Part shown: positions 61,729 to 64,000 of the stretch, piece after piece
Layout: each line of letters opens with the position of its first letter
How positions within the stretch are numbered: position 1 is the first letter of the stretch
Assembly: GCA_031277035.1 (NCBI GenBank)
Contig: JAISLY010000004.1
Coordinates: 26,980-90,979, forward strand
Direction of reading: 5' to 3'
DNA from: Coriobacteriales bacterium
Lineage (GTDB): Bacteria; Actinomycetota; Coriobacteriia; Coriobacteriales; UBA8131
DNA length: 64,000 bases
The notes under the pieces: generated by a model
Seen by the model: only the letters and a program-made list of their open reading frames with translations
Databases searched by the model: none
Told to the model about the DNA's origin: nothing
Program-made: the position numbers and the translations under genes

Positions 61729-63423
61729 ATGTCGTTACGGCTCAGCATACAACGCTGGTGGTATATCGGCTACGGCCTTCTCTGGGGAATCCAGTTTGGA
61801 CTGTACTCAAGTCAGAGCTTCTTTGGTTCGGTTGGCTTTGTTCGTCTCCCCAACGATGCCTTTAACCTGAGCTCGCTGATCACCGTCATCGTCTGCTGTG
61901 TTCTGATTGGCCTTGTCTATTGGAGAATGCCCCGCTTGCCCCGATTCATGCCGGTCGCGGTTCCTACGCTTCTGTATCTGATGTCCATCCTCATGTTGGC
62001 CATCCCCAACAGCCCTATTCCTCTGGCACCGTTGATGATTGGCGCGGGTATCGTCTCAGGAGCCAGTTACAGCGTTTTATTGGTGAACTGGTATCGGCTG
62101 CTGGCCACGGGCCCCTCCGCGGACATTTTGCGCCGGGTTGCCGCATCGTCGCTGCTCGGTACCGCGCTGTGCCTGGTCATCTCCTACGCACCGTTTTCGG
62201 TCGTCATGCCGCTGGTGGTTGCCTTTCTCGCGCTGGTGGCCTGGATGCAGCACAGCGCCATTGCCCGCGTTCTCGTCTCTCCGGAGGCTCTGGGCGCCAC
62301 GGCCGCCACGGCCACTCTGGCCGCCACGGCCGCCACGGCCGCGGCAGGCGCTCCGGCCGCGCCAGCCGCCACGGCCGCGCCAGGCGCCACGGCCACTCTG
62401 GGCGCATCCGCCCCCTCTGTGTCCACAGGCTCTCTCGCTCGCACCACAGGCTCTCTCGCTCGCACCACAGGCCCCGCGGTGCCCTCGATGCGACCCATGC
62501 GGCCGCGTCAGGTTGCGACCATGCTGCTTGGGCCACTGATGTGTCGCTGTGCGCTGGGCTTTGCCTTTGCCATTATCAGCCAGGTTGCCTTTGTCTCGCC
62601 CACAGGGTTTATCGGCTCCAACAATCTGTTCAATCTCGGCATGTTCGCCGCCGCCTTTCTGTTCTTTGTCATGGCGGCGACCACGGCGCGCAGTCCTGAG
62701 CCGACGGCTCTGTTCCGAGGACTTTTCCCCGTGCTCGGAGCTGCGCTGTTGCTGCTGCCATTTCTCGATTCGTCGATGTGGGCCATCCTCGCCATGTTTG
62801 TTACCATGGCCGCGCATCTCGTGCAGATTGCCTTTGTCTTTCTGGTGGCCGACCTCGTGTATCGCTCCAGGATTGAGAGTAACATCCTGGCCTCCTTCGT
62901 TCATGCCATCGACCAGTTCGCGATTCTCTTCGGCATCGTTTTGGGCATCACCATCATTGGAGATGACCTGAATACCGTGCGCCTGTCGCTTATCACCGGC
63001 GCGGTTGTCTATCTGTTGATGATGGCGATGTTTTTCTTCGTGCGCTGGAATCGCAACCGTTCAATCGTGCGCGAATGGGAAGGGGAGAGCGGGGCGGCAA
63101 GCGATGGGACAAAAAGCGATGGGACAGGCAGCGCGGCGGGCGGAGTGGCGGGTGTTGCAGGTGGGGGCGCACGGGATGATGTGGCAGGAAGGGCCGCATC
63201 TCGAGCGGATCATCTGGATGCCCAGGTGGGCGCCCTGGCCGCATCTCATGCGCTCACGCCGCGCGAACGGGAGATACTCGGCTACCTTTGCCGGGGGCGT
63301 TCGACGCCGTATATCTGCGAGGAACTGACGCTTTCTAAAAACACCGTGCACTCACATATCAAGCGAATCTATCTCAAACTGGATGTGCATGGTAAACAGG
63401 AACTCCTTGATCTTGTGGAGTAA
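61729..63423 (+). CDS. Membrane-anchored LuxR-family transcriptional regulator (polytopic N-terminal domain + C-terminal HTH)
   Basis: About 10 hydrophobic helices, then REREILGYLCRGRSTPYICEELTLSKNTVHSHIKRIYLKL. Confidence 0.85.
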   Translation: MSLRLSIQRWWYIGYGLLWGIQFGLYSSQSFFGSVGFVRLPNDAFNLSSLITVIVCCVLIGLVYWRMPRLPRFMPVAVPTLLYLMSILMLAIPNSPIPLAPLMIGAGIVSGASYSVLLVNWYRLLATGPSADILRRVAASSLLGTALCLVISYAPFSVVMPLVVAFLALVAWMQHSAIARVLVSPEALGATAATATLAATAATAAAGAPAAPAATAAPGATATLGASAPSVSTGSLARTTGSLARTTGPAVPSMRPMRPRQVATMLLGPLMCRCALGFAFAIISQVAFVSPTGFIGSNNLFNLGMFAAAFLFFVMAATTARSPEPTALFRGLFPVLGAALLLLPFLDSSMWAILAMFVTMAAHLVQIAFVFLVADLVYRSRIESNILASFVHAIDQFAILFGIVLGITIIGDDLNTVRLSLITGAVVYLLMMAMFFFVRWNRNRSIVREWEGESGAASDGTKSDGTGSAAGGVAGVAGGGARDDVAGRAASRADHLDAQVGALAASHALTPREREILGYLCRGRSTPYICEELTLSKNTVHSHIKRIYLKLDVHGKQELLDLVE

Positions 63424-63462
63424 GCGTTCTGAGGTGACACAAGGTGGCAAAAGGCATCTTAG

Positions 63463-63714
63463 GTTTTTGTCTTTCTCATCGATGCCGAGGAAGGGATAAT
63501 CCCTCTGGAGGTCAAGGCGGGCACAAACAGAAAGACCCCGAGCCTACGGGTCTTTCTGGAAAAGAACAGGGTGCCATACTCCATCAGACTGACCAGCCGC
63601 AATTTCGGTTTTGCCAACGAGATCAAAAGCGTGCCGCTCTATGCCGCATTCTGTATTCCAGGGCTACTGGGTGACAGCGGAGTGAGACGGCACGAGGGTG
63701 CTGTCGGAAGCTAA
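63463..63714 (+). pseudogene. C-terminal remnant (83 codons) of a DUF4143-type AAA ATPase gene
   Basis: IPLEVKAGTN...SLRVFL...IRLTSRNFGFANEIKSVPLYAAF matches only the C-terminal pattern of that family. No N-terminal ATPase part and no start codon. Not in the ORF track. Confidence 0.45.
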
Positions 63715-63797
63715 CAAAAATCCGATAGGCCTTGCCCTCTGCTATCTTGCCGATGCCCGTTGTGCGGAGGTGGTGCACAATGAATGCGTCGGCACTT

Positions 63798-64000
63798 TTA
63801 AAGGTAGCACACGGGCAGCACTTTACTGTTGTTGCCGATTTGTACCATGTTGTTCGCCTGGCAGATCAGCACGCCCTCGCCACGCGTTCTGTCTGTTATG
63901 GCGTCAAGCTTGCGAAAGATGCCTACGTCGTTATAGTGTGGATCCGTGGTCTTTTTTATTTCTGCGGGATAAAGCGTATCGCCAATCTCGAAGATCAGGT
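63798..64000 (-). CDS. C-terminal part of a DUF4143-type AAA ATPase (5' end outside window)
   Basis: The reverse strand reads LIFEIGDTLYPAEIKKTT...GVLICQANNMVQIGNNSKVLPVCYL-stop. Confidence 0.55.
   Translation of the reverse strand, partial: LIFEIGDTLYPAEIKKTTDPHYNDVGIFRKLDAITDRTRGEGVLICQANNMVQIGNNSKVLPVCYL

Overview
The window is GC-rich, gene-dense chromosomal DNA. It looks actinobacterial, and I guess Coriobacteriia/Eggerthellales-like from three things: an NRMT-type NRAMP, a membrane-anchored LuxR regulator and leaderless-type promoters. That taxonomic call is inference only.

**Gene content, in order**
- Housekeeping genes: deoB (5' truncated by the window edge), a phosphohexomutase, hflX, mscL, lexA<>nrdR-dut, and hisC-tyrA-aroA.
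- A UvrD/PD-(D/E)XK helicase-nuclease lying directly behind an orphan glycyl-radical enzyme.
- A VanZ-family gene, tRNA-Pro(CGG) and an esterase.
- A two-gene operon: a PRC-MgtE_N-CBS membrane protein followed by an NRAMP.
- Citrate synthase.
- A ~20 kb co-directional purine/urate catabolic supercluster: xdh Mo subunit, fused FeS-FAD subunit, guaD, an unknown PLP enzyme, a YheO-type regulator, ygeX, ygeY, ygeW, arcC, ygfK, ssnA and xdhD. purH follows it.
- Two low-GC islets. One carries a small protein plus a retropepsin-like protease. The other carries an AlbA_2/HATPase regulator next to tRNA-Gly(CCC).
- A five-gene Ser/Thr signalling module: Zn-ribbon-FHA, PP2C, trypsin-TM-FHA, a degenerate PP2C, and a Zn-ribbon kinase.
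- ThiF-, MocA- and XdhC-like cofactor-maturation genes, a polytopic LuxR regulator, and DUF4143 ATPase remnants.

**Most interesting observations**
1. The purine/urate cluster and its uncharacterised PLP enzyme.
2. The FHA/PP2C/protease/kinase module.
3. An unannotated 44-aa membrane protein behind three evenly spaced LexA boxes. It sits in the divS/chiZ position between lexA and nrdR.
4. An NRAMP with Mg-type (NRMT) site substitutions, coupled to an MgtE_N-CBS protein.
5. Pervasive tandem-repeat expansion. It produces in-frame low-complexity insertions in nearly every enzyme and builds arrays from gene termini.

No rRNA genes, CRISPR arrays, transposases or integrases were seen. All calls come from reading the sequence and the ORF track; no database search was run.
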